From: Nitrososphaeraceae archaeon
GTDB lineage: Archaea > Thermoproteota > Nitrososphaeria > Nitrososphaerales > Nitrososphaeraceae
Direction of reading: 5' to 3'
Assembly: GCA_035250975.1 (NCBI GenBank)
Contig: DATFEP010000053.1
Coordinates: forward strand, 1 to 25,557
DNA length: 25,557 nt
In this document: piece after piece, positions 10,842 to 19,530 of the stretch
Layout of the letters: each line of letters starts with the position of its first letter
How positions within the stretch are numbered: position 1 is the first letter of the stretch
Program-made: the position numbers and the translations under genes
The notes under the pieces: model-generated
The model's database searches: none
What the model was told of the DNA's origin: nothing
The model's input: the letters and a program-made list of their open reading frames with translations, nothing else

Positions 10842-11651
10842 TTAATGGATTAGTTGTTGTTGAGTTTTTTTAGACTCTTGTCTAGTAAAATTAAAGTGAC
10901 CATCATCACTTTCCACAGCTGATTTTATTTTTTCGATACAGGTATTAAGAGCTTTTTCAGCCAATTTGAAATTATCCGCAGCTACAACAAGTCTATACTT
11001 GGGGGCAGCAATATAACTGATCAATATCTTGACAGTTCCTTTAGTTGTTTCCACGCTACTCAAGATCGATTTGACGATTTCAACTCCATTCGGTTTCTGA
11101 GAGGAAATTTCTACTATACCTCTAATTTCAACGTGAGGGATGGGGATTTTATTGCTTTCTTCCTCGATCGTTTTAATAATTTCTTCAGATAATTCAAATG
11201 GTGTAAGTATTTCTATTCCTTTTTTTGCAACCGCTTCAAAAAGGTCGTAAACATAATCGTATTTAGTCAATATTTTGTCTTCGATCTGTCTTATTTGCTC
11301 ATCCGATAGATTGGCCTTATCTTGAATTATTTTCATAAAAGCATTTGCTTTCTCATTTTTCTTCACTTCAATAATCTTGGACTTCTTTTCCTCCCCCGAA
11401 ACTTGTTTTAAGGACAAGTCAACTTCAGATCTTGTCTTGTTGACTCGAATTACCTTTAGAACGATCTTTTGGTTAGGTCTAACGTATCTTTCAATATTTC
11501 TAATCCATCCCGTTGCGATCTCAGAAATATGTAAAAATCCAGTCATATTGCCGTATTCTTCTAAGGAAACATAGACACCGTGGTTAGTAACTTGTTTAAC
11601 GTTAGCAAAAACTATATCACCCTCTTCTGGGATATTTTTTAATTCTTCCAT
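10842..11651 (-). CDS. eif2a: Translation initiation factor 2 subunit alpha
   Basis: S1 domain PEEGDIV...GFLHISEIATGWIRNI, VDLSLKQV, C-terminal YIAAPKYR; adjacent to nop10. Confidence 0.97.
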   Translation of the reverse strand: MEELKNIPEEGDIVFANVKQVTNHGVYVSLEEYGNMTGFLHISEIATGWIRNIERYVRPNQKIVLKVIRVNKTRSEVDLSLKQVSGEEKKSKIIEVKKNEKANAFMKIIQDKANLSDEQIRQIEDKILTKYDYVYDLFEAVAKKGIEILTPFELSEEIIKTIEEESNKIPIPHVEIRGIVEISSQKPNGVEIVKSILSSVETTKGTVKILISYIAAPKYRLVVAADNFKLAEKALNTCIEKIKSAVESDDGHFNFTRQESKKTQQQLIH

Positions 11652-12594
11652 CTTTTATTAACCCTAATAAACGACATATTAATTATGTTCTTACTTTAGG
11701 CTGGGTCATAATTCAGTGAATGAATACTACTATTGTAAGGCAATTTAAAATCTAATATATATTTGAATTTGGTTAGTCGAATTGCTCTGTTAGTTTGTAC
11801 TTATAATATAGCTATCAAATAGAGGAGGTATTCCACATATAAACTTCATATTCTCAAAAGCAACTACCAAAAAGTCCGTTTACATATTAAAAGCAATGGC
11901 ATTCTATTTTAATAAAAATTTAAACAATAATTATTTTGATATTATATTTGTATACTACACTTTTTCTAGAAACCTGCAAAATAGCGATTTTTGTTTCAAA
12001 AAAATTATGATTTGAGCTAATCTAACTTTTTATAATATAACAGTCTTGATTTGCTTGTATTTGGTTTAATTTTTTTTTATTTTGTTATCAAACTAGCAAA
12101 AAAAGTTAGAAAACTCTTATTTTGCTGGATATTCATTAAAAAGGAGATAATTTTGCCATATGTGCTGTCTTGCTAAATATATGATTCTACGATAATGTGG
12201 TTAACCTAATTTTTGATCTTTCTTTTTGATAAGATAAAAACAAACAAATTTCGATCCTATAATTATTGATTAAAACAAGATTAAAGGATAATTTCAGCTC
12301 ATTGAACATAGTAATATTTAAATTTATTTAGTTAAAACAAAAAGTCAAACTAAAGGAAATACAGGATTTTTAAGGTATATGAAAGAATTTTGTCATTCTG
12401 GAGAGTAGAGTACAGATCTTAAGATCGTTATTTTTCTTTCAAAGAAAAAGTGATGATTATAATAGTTAGCGAGGAATTTTTATTTAATTTTGAGAGAAAA
12501 TGTGATAAGTTAGCTGCTTTTTGCATCACTTTTGATTGATCGATTGACATGATATTTTCTAAAAATGGCGATAAAACATATTGTTTTGGATACA

Positions 12595-12628
12595 AACGAC
12601 GACAACTAAGACAACAACCACGACGACA
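12595..12628. repeat. Imperfect (ACR)n trinucleotide tract
   Basis: AACGACGACAACTAAGACAACAACCACGACGACA. Confidence 0.6.
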
Positions 12629-13090
12629 AAAATATGCAATTGTGATGATGAATCCATTTATCTCCTATTTCTTGGAGAAAACCAGTTGGATAATAGAGAT
12701 TCATGTATGACCGCAAATATTACTATCCTTAATACTGTCGCTCTGTCATACAGTTATTTACTACAAAAGCAGTAAATATAGTAACAACATTATTCGAGCA
12801 ATCGAATAAATGCCAGAATTTCTGAAATAACAGACTGTCGTCGATAGTATATAACAATAGCTGTTCGCTGAATTACGATACAACCTCATTTAATTTGCAT
12901 AATTCTTGAAATACATTTCCAGTTAAACAGCCGTTTTTGTATATTTTCAATTTCTGATGACAAGAATAAAACCAATTTTTTCTAGTTTCAAACTAGATAA
13001 AGTACAAATTGACTAGTTCCATTAAACAAGATAAACATGAATGCTAATCACAAAACTAGACTTCAATGCTACTTTTAATTACAGTACATT

Positions 13091-13198
13091 TATACTGATT
13101 AGCATAAATATAGGTAAAATTACTTTCGACATCAAACTAGGGATGTCTTGTTTTGCAGCTGCATGCATAATGAGATATATTTTGTGCTAATTCGTCTA
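13091..13198. mobile_element. Putative 108-bp MITE related to IS630
   Basis: Begins and ends with TA. Left end TATACTGATTAGCATAAATA matches the reverse complement of the right end TAGACGAATTAGCACAAAAT at 14/20, and the IS630 end (reverse complement of 8072-8091, TACACTGGCTAACATAAATT) at 15/20. Internal hairpin GACATC-N8-GATGTC. Confidence 0.55.
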
Positions 13199-13299
13199 CT
13201 AATAAGTTTTCACATATTATATTCCAATAAACGATCTCTATGAAAATACAATAATTATGATAGAATTTCACTTTTAAAATGACGGATTTAAAATAATAT

Positions 13300-13833
13300 T
13301 TAGTAATCTATCCCTTCCTGAGCCTTTACACCTAATCTATATGGATGTTTTATTTCTTTCATTTCAGTAACCAAATCTGCTACTTGTATAATTTCCTTGG
13401 GAGCATAATTTCCTGTCAATACTAGTGAAGTCTCTTTGGGTTTTAGATCAATGAGTTCCATAACCTCATCAATTGTTATGAGATTAAGTTTAATGGCATA
13501 ATTGATTTCATCAAGGATAACTATATCGAATGCTCTCGACAATATTTTTTCCTTGGCTAGAACGATTGCGTCTGTTGCAGCCCTTTTGTGCTCTTCAAAT
13601 TCATGATCATCATCCAATATTCCTATGAATCCTCGCCCAGCTGCTATTAGCTCGAATTCTGGTTCCAGTCTTTTAGAACTAGAAAGCTCGCCATAGTACC
13701 ATTCTCCTTTAATGAATTGAACCATTAATACTTTCAAACCATGTCCTAGAGCTCTTAATGCTATTCCTAATGCGGCGGTAGTTTTTCCTTTGCCTTTCCC
13801 AGTATAAATCAATACAAGTCCATTTGTTTTCAT
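13300..13833 (-). CDS. cobO: Cob(I)yrinic acid a,c-diamide adenosyltransferase (CobO/BtuR type)
   Basis: YTGKGKGKTTAALG, VQFIKG, ILDEI, VLTG, ADLVTEMKEIKHPY and GIDY. Confidence 0.96.
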   Translation of the reverse strand: MKTNGLVLIYTGKGKGKTTAALGIALRALGHGLKVLMVQFIKGEWYYGELSSSKRLEPEFELIAAGRGFIGILDDDHEFEEHKRAATDAIVLAKEKILSRAFDIVILDEINYAIKLNLITIDEVMELIDLKPKETSLVLTGNYAPKEIIQVADLVTEMKEIKHPYRLGVKAQEGIDY

Positions 13834-13978
13834 TATGAGGATATTGTATCATCTATCGAAATATTAGTATATAATTATGGTGTTGATTCGAATCAATATT
13901 TTTCCTAGATTATCTCAAAATTTCCAATAGGTTTTTAAAGAAATCTTTAGTATAAAAAGGTAGATCTTAAGGATTATT

Positions 13979-14944
13979 ATGAACAGTGATTCTCTACCAA
14001 TGCAGAATAAACATGTAATTTTACAAAATTGGAATGACGAAAAGGTCTTGATGACTGATATAATTACCAATATATTTAACTTGCTCAATTTTCACGATAA
14101 TAATATTAAAAGCGATATTACAGAAATACTAAGAAATAATCAAAAGTCTAATCCATCTGACAAATGGTTTGATGCTCTAAAGATAATATCAATATATTGT
14201 GTTAAGAATAATTTCACTTTTTCACAATCACAAATTTATGACTTGTTAACAATATTCTCAAGGATAGTTGATGAGAAGAAAAAGGATGTTGTAAATACTG
14301 TAACTTTTAATGTTTATAGAGATGTTATGGAGAATCATTATAAAATTAATGAAAAGCTGAAACTAATTTTCCCAGTAATTATTGTAAATCTTATGCACAT
14401 TATTAAATATGGAAAAGATATAGAAGGGAATTCTGTCAATTTATTTTCAATAAATAACTATTATCAAAACTCAAAGTGTAACTTGGAACAACAACTCCTG
14501 AAAATAAGGTCATTTGATTTACAAGGTGGCCATGGTGTTTCTATTAAGAATCAAATAATCAAAATATTAGAACTGGTAACTGGAAGAAATGAAAAGGATT
14601 TACAGAATTTATATTCAAATTTACAAGAATCTGACCAGAAAAAGGTAATCGAGTTATGCAATAACTATCAAAAGATTCAGGAATTCAGTAAATTAATTGA
14701 AACAGAGAAATTTAGTGACGCTATTGAAAGGCAAGCCGGAAGAAAATTGTCCGAAAGTCAATTACAACACGCTGCCAATTCTATAAAGAAAACAAAATTA
14801 TACTTGGAAAAAGTATTAGATGGAGGTTTTGCCCCTAAAGGAAAACATGGTATAAATCATGTTAAACATAACATTGAATATGGTTTTCAGTTGATGGGAA
14901 TAATTCAATCAAAAAGAAGAAAGCAGGAAATCAAGAACAATTAA
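13979..14944 (+). CDS. Hypothetical protein, largely helical, with a His-rich C-terminal motif
   Basis: 321-aa ORF with ATG start and upstream TATAAAA (about 13951); no family recognised; contains KHGINHVKH. Confidence 0.75.
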   Translation: MNSDSLPMQNKHVILQNWNDEKVLMTDIITNIFNLLNFHDNNIKSDITEILRNNQKSNPSDKWFDALKIISIYCVKNNFTFSQSQIYDLLTIFSRIVDEKKKDVVNTVTFNVYRDVMENHYKINEKLKLIFPVIIVNLMHIIKYGKDIEGNSVNLFSINNYYQNSKCNLEQQLLKIRSFDLQGGHGVSIKNQIIKILELVTGRNEKDLQNLYSNLQESDQKKVIELCNNYQKIQEFSKLIETEKFSDAIERQAGRKLSESQLQHAANSIKKTKLYLEKVLDGGFAPKGKHGINHVKHNIEYGFQLMGIIQSKRRKQEIKNN

Positions 14945-14973
14945 CAATTTCATGCGACACAAACTCTGAAAAT

Positions 14974-15474
14974 ATGACTAAAGAAAGATCCTCAGTAAGA
15001 TCTGAACTCGATAAAATACTTGGAATTTGTTGTTATTATTTGATTCCAATTAAAAAACAATATTTCCTTGGAGACGGGAGTCACATTGCAATTTGTACTT
15101 TATCTAGTTTGAAACTACTTGAAAAAATTGGAAAAGATCGCGAAATTATGAATAAAATATCGATAGTCGGGAGACTACTTTCGGAGAATAGAGGGATAGA
15201 TCAGATCATAAAATTTACAGAAGAAAATAAAAAAATACATACTATTTTAATGTGTGGTAAAGACGTTAGAGGACATTTCTCAGGTCAGGCTCTGATTTCT
15301 TTGAAAAAAAATGGAATAAATAGACAGAAGAGAATAATTGGTGCTAAAGGTCCATATCCTATTTTATCCTGCACAGAAGAACAGATCGAAAATTTTAGGA
15401 ATAAAATAGAATTAATAGACAAAATCGGATTAACAGACTTTAGAAAAATAAAATCGATAGTAGCTAGTAGTTAG
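14974..15474 (+). CDS. Stand-alone MtrA-like (tetrahydromethanopterin S-methyltransferase subunit A domain) protein
   Basis: IAICTLSS, IVGRLLSENRGI, LMCGKDVRGHFSGQAL, NG...RIIGAKG..P and FR..IELID.IG. No C-terminal membrane anchor. Confidence 0.88.
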   Translation: MTKERSSVRSELDKILGICCYYLIPIKKQYFLGDGSHIAICTLSSLKLLEKIGKDREIMNKISIVGRLLSENRGIDQIIKFTEENKKIHTILMCGKDVRGHFSGQALISLKKNGINRQKRIIGAKGPYPILSCTEEQIENFRNKIELIDKIGLTDFRKIKSIVASS

Positions 15475-15800
15475 TAGTTAGTTTTTTGTCTCTTCATATT
15501 TACAGAATGTTTTTTTGAAAATTCTTGTAATATTTCGGAAGGACTCATTTCTAGTTCTATTGAAACTTGTATAACGAAATGTAGGATATCTATCAATTCT
15601 TCTTTTGCAAGTTTAAGATCAAAATCTACTGGTGTTTTCCACCACTTCCAATTTGTTAATCGTTGAAGCTCTACTGCTTCATGAATTATTGCTACAGACA
15701 AAGCTGAAATTCTATCCTCTAGTTTTTTAGGATATCTAGAAGTAGTAACATATTTTTCTAGATCCTTTTGCATTTGATAAATATAATCTAATTTATCCAT
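15471..15800 (-). CDS. Dimeric (all-alpha) dUTPase/dCTPase-like NTP pyrophosphatase
   Basis: E..EL...NWKWWK and EELIDILHF motifs of the dUTPase_2/MazG-like fold. Confidence 0.88.
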   Translation of the reverse strand: MDKLDYIYQMQKDLEKYVTTSRYPKKLEDRISALSVAIIHEAVELQRLTNWKWWKTPVDFDLKLAKEELIDILHFVIQVSIELEMSPSEILQEFSKKHSVNMKRQKTNY

Positions 15801-15897
15801 ATGGTAAATGTAAATTTCAGATATTTAACCTAATTTAGCTACATAAAGGATTTTTAAAAGATTTAATTTTTATAACACCGTTTTAATTACATTACTA

Positions 15898-16740
15898 ATG
15901 GAGTACGCTAATCCTAATGTACTTGTAGATACAAAGTGGGTAGAAGACCACCTTAATGATGACAAAGTACGTATAGCTGAGGTGGATTATGATCCAAAGA
16001 CAAATTATTTTCTTGGCCACATACCAAATTCTGTATTATTCGATTGGAAGAACGATATCAATGATCCGGATACAAGAAATATTATTTCAAAGCAAGATTG
16101 CTTGAACTTGCTACAAAAAGCTGGAATAAATGATGATACTACCATAGTTTTATACGGTGATTTTAACAATTGGTTCGCAGCTTTCGCTTTTTGGGTGTTT
16201 GAATATTATGGTTTGAAAAACGTTAAAATAATGAATGGAGGCAGGAAAAAATGGTTAGAAGAAGACAGACCAATTTCAAAAGAGATACCTACATTTACTA
16301 CTGGAAATATACTCCCTGCTGAACCAGACTTAAATTTAAGGTCTTTTTTAAATCAGGTTAAAGACTCTTTACAATCTGAAAAGACTGTAAGAATTGATGT
16401 AAGAAGTCCCGCAGAATTTAGTGGTCTGATCACGGCACCGCCCGAATACCCAACTGAACATGCACAAAGAGGAGGTCATATCCCCGGTGCTGTAAATATT
16501 CCATGGGCTAAGGCAGTAAATGAGGATGGGACATTCAAATCTGCCGATGATCTTTTAAATCTATATCAATCAGCTGGAATTACGCCGGACAAAGAAGTAA
16601 TTACATACTGCAGAATAGGAGAACGTTCATCTCATACATGGTTCGTTTTAAGACATTTGTTGGGTTATAAAGATGTAAAGAATTATGACGGGTCATGGAC
16701 AGAATGGGGAAATATGATAGCAAATCCAATAGAAAAATAA
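15898..16740 (+). CDS. Tandem-domain rhodanese sulfurtransferase (CysA/SseA/TtuD-like)
   Basis: GHIP twice, IDVRS..EF, active-site YCRIGERSS and NYDGSWTEW signature. Confidence 0.96.
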   Translation: MEYANPNVLVDTKWVEDHLNDDKVRIAEVDYDPKTNYFLGHIPNSVLFDWKNDINDPDTRNIISKQDCLNLLQKAGINDDTTIVLYGDFNNWFAAFAFWVFEYYGLKNVKIMNGGRKKWLEEDRPISKEIPTFTTGNILPAEPDLNLRSFLNQVKDSLQSEKTVRIDVRSPAEFSGLITAPPEYPTEHAQRGGHIPGAVNIPWAKAVNEDGTFKSADDLLNLYQSAGITPDKEVITYCRIGERSSHTWFVLRHLLGYKDVKNYDGSWTEWGNMIANPIEK

Positions 16741-16755
16741 AATACAATACAAGTT

Positions 16756-17451
16756 TTAAACATCTTTTTGTTTTCGTATCAAAAAATGAAAAAGATTTTT
16801 CTCTTTTCTGATGTCAACAACGGATTGGGAATTTTCCAATGACCATCTTTGAAGTTCAATATCTGCTGTCACATCATCGGAAACTAAATATACTATTTCA
16901 CCAACCTTTATTCTTGAGAACAAATCATCTAATTTCATGAGTGTCGCAAGGCATTCCGATCCGATTTCATATAATTCGTAGTCTGGAAAATACTTGAAAC
17001 ACCGAACATTCAGATCTTTTATTATTATTTTGAATTCTTCACGACAATCGTTTGAATTCTTTAGATATTTTAATTCATTTTCTAAATTTGTAGGATAAAT
17101 TGTTACAAACCAACCTTGTTCGTAAGGACTATCATTTACCAATTTCGGTTTTTCAATGATTCTGTTATTCCCAGTTTCTATTTTCCCAGAAATTGGGGAT
17201 CTTACTATTCCAAAATATTTTAAACTTTCAATTGATCCGACACTTTTTCCCTTTGCAATTATGATATTTTTTTCTTTTAATTTAACAGAGAACACTCTAC
17301 CAGATATAGATGACATTATTGGAGTTATACCTAACTTGATGGAGTTTTTATTAGAAATATCAACCCAGACAAAATTTTCCATATCATAGAGAAGATCATC
17401 TGGAAAAAAACAATTATCTATAATCACATTTCGGTGTAATTCTCGAACCAA
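16756..17451 (-). CDS. GcvH/LbpA-like lipoyl-carrier domain fused to a C-terminal TusA/SirA-like domain (probable start GTG at 17427)
   Basis: FPDDLLYD..WV, GIT, IESLK (lipoyl Lys78), SPISGKI, VNDSPYEQGW; then EIGSEC, GEIVYLVSDD..A..E..RW and FHFLIRK (TusA fold). Confidence 0.88.
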   Translation of the reverse strand: MVRELHRNVIIDNCFFPDDLLYDMENFVWVDISNKNSIKLGITPIMSSISGRVFSVKLKEKNIIIAKGKSVGSIESLKYFGIVRSPISGKIETGNNRIIEKPKLVNDSPYEQGWFVTIYPTNLENELKYLKNSNDCREEFKIIIKDLNVRCFKYFPDYELYEIGSECLATLMKLDDLFSRIKVGEIVYLVSDDVTADIELQRWSLENSQSVVDIRKEKNLFHFLIRKQKDV

Positions 17452-17818
17452 TTTGAGTCTTTATGTCCATTACGAAATATTCTGATATAGGAATAGATAT
17501 CTTGAGGATATGGTATACGCAAATGAGAATAATATTTATCTAACATTAACGTGACTGTGTAGAAAACATTCCGACGTGGTTTAAATATGATTTATTATCG
17601 ATTTATCTATTACATGTCTAATCATAAACCTTAATTATCCGTTACAAAAATATCTATGCTAAAATAATACCATATTATCTAGATCGCCACTTGTCCAAGT
17701 TGTGTAACATAAGGAATTACATGTCTCATAGTTTTCGATTTTGATATAAAATTAAAAGATAGTAAAAAAGAATATTTAATATAACATTAAAAAGCTATTC
17801 TAGTTTCTAAAAGATATA

Positions 17819-18382
17819 ATGGATTATGTTAATACTGATACAATGGATAAAATAGCAAATGAGATTAAAATATGTACCTTATGTACACTTTCAGATACTA
17901 GAAAGAATGCAGTACCTGGCGAAGGAGAATTTAGAAAAAAGTTAATGATCATAGGCGAAGCTCCGGGATTTAATGAAGATCAAAGTGGAAGACCATTTGT
18001 GGGTATGGCAGGAATGATCTTGAGAAAAACATTAATGAAATGTGGTATCGATATTGAAGATGTATTTATTACAAATATTGTAAAATGTAAACCTCCAAAC
18101 AACAGACAACCTAAGAATCATGAGAAAGATACATGTTCAAAATATCTTGCTAGACAAATCAATCTTTTAAAACCAAAAATAATATGCATATTGGGAAACG
18201 TTGCAGGCTCCTATATTCTAGATATCAAATCAATAAGTCAACATAGAGGAAAAATTTTAAGAAAGAATGGAATAGATTATTTTATAACATACCATCCTGC
18301 AGCTACAATTTATAATAGGAATCTGATTTTGGATTTTGAAGATGATATTAAGCATTTAGCGGAAATTATAAACAAGAATTAA
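17819..18382 (+). CDS. udg: Uracil-DNA glycosylase family 4 (4Fe-4S)
   Basis: CxxC, IGEAPGFNED..GRPFVG, TNIVKCKPPNNR and TYHPAA. Confidence 0.96.
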   Translation: MDYVNTDTMDKIANEIKICTLCTLSDTRKNAVPGEGEFRKKLMIIGEAPGFNEDQSGRPFVGMAGMILRKTLMKCGIDIEDVFITNIVKCKPPNNRQPKNHEKDTCSKYLARQINLLKPKIICILGNVAGSYILDIKSISQHRGKILRKNGIDYFITYHPAATIYNRNLILDFEDDIKHLAEIINKN

Positions 18383-18475
18383 GAATCAGCATAAGATAAT
18401 ATGCGTTTCTCCAAGGAAGTTTTTAAAAATGAAATATCTATTCATCGTTGAAAACTATCATTGAAAATTTTCGAT

Positions 18476-18768
18476 GTGTTATTCTATGCATCTGATCGAG
18501 TATTTGTAGACTTATTTGATGGGAGGCGCAATCCTTATAACCCTGCACAGACATCCTGATATGGTTTTATAATGCTAAAAAACGATAAAAATTTTTCTAT
18601 TGTTTATGAGAAAGCGTACTTTGCTTATGAACATTTTTCAAACTCTTCAATAATGGTGAAGAGTATATAGTAGTAGTAAAATTAGTAGAGAAATCTGAAA
18701 ACCTGTATATAAAATGGATTCCTAGAGAAATAAGTAGAAATCCAGATCATTTTGCACCAATAGCATAA
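18476..18768 (+). pseudogene. Ribonuclease HI (archaeal type) remnant
   Basis: LFDG..NPYNP....*YGFI (TGA 18557-18559), a frameshift to NNGEEY (cf. TNN.AEY), then IKWIPRE..N.D (cf. WIPRE.N..AD). The central DSxLV segment is absent. Confidence 0.7.
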
Positions 18769-18970
18769 GTGAATTTCTTGGACAAGAATTATGATATTAT
18801 TTATGAAAAAAATTGAACCTTATTTCGCCACTCAAAAGCAATTATTTTAATTAGACAAGAACAAGGTTAAATTTAGATATATTAGAAAAATATTTTAATA
18901 TTGACTCTTCAGAAACTTGATTATGATATGGAAAACTTTTATCTAGTTAAATATTCTAATAATAAATAAA

Positions 18971-19408
18971 ATGCCGAGAACTAAAAGCTCAAGCAAAACA
19001 TCAGAAAGAGAAGGAATTCCTAAATGGGTGGAGGATGAAATAAGATCTATCGAATTAGGTGAATCTGAAATACTAAATAGGACTGGATATATACTAGAAA
19101 CATATTACAACGATAATAAATTGGATTTACAATTATATGAATCATTGCCTGATGGTCGAACCATTATAGAGGGAATTGTGATTCCAAAATCTCAAGATAT
19201 TTCTGATTGTATGAAAGGATTTGTTTATGAATTTAAGATAAAAATGTCAAAGGGAAAACTTAGTGAAAAAACTAGAGAATTTCTCAAGATGCAATATATG
19301 TTAGAAATGGATCACATTTATCAATTTGAATTAATTGAATTACAACTGATGGATGTTGAATCTGAAGAAGCAATTAAAGAGCCTACAGATGTTGATGATG
19401 AAGCGTAG
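18971..19408 (+). CDS. Hypothetical protein with acidic C-terminus
   Basis: Clean 145-aa ORF with ATG start and normal composition; no family recognised. Confidence 0.8.
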   Translation: MPRTKSSSKTSEREGIPKWVEDEIRSIELGESEILNRTGYILETYYNDNKLDLQLYESLPDGRTIIEGIVIPKSQDISDCMKGFVYEFKIKMSKGKLSEKTREFLKMQYMLEMDHIYQFELIELQLMDVESEEAIKEPTDVDDEA

Positions 19409-19530
19409 GGAATATAATAGTCCCATATAAATATATAAAATTTAACACTTTAAAAATTATTTTGTATTTCAAATTTTGTTTTTTTTCATTTTCTTTTACT
19501 TAACTAGAAACTATTATCCTGGTCTAATAC

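Noticed and set aside
12565-12609. MAIKHIVLDTN resembles a PIN/VapC N-terminus
   Set aside because: Stops after 14 codons, and no further PIN motifs were found in downstream frames.
12450-12710. GTGATGA C-box-like motifs (12450, 12642) as C/D box sRNAs
   Set aside because: No properly spaced CTGA D box or rRNA-complementary guide was seen.
12581-12775. 64-aa Thr-rich ORF
   Set aside because: The poly-Thr arises from a trinucleotide tract; TTG start; no recognisable domain.
14974-15474. MtrA as evidence of methanogenesis
   Set aside because: No other mtr subunits or membrane anchor, and the 16S points to Nitrososphaerota.
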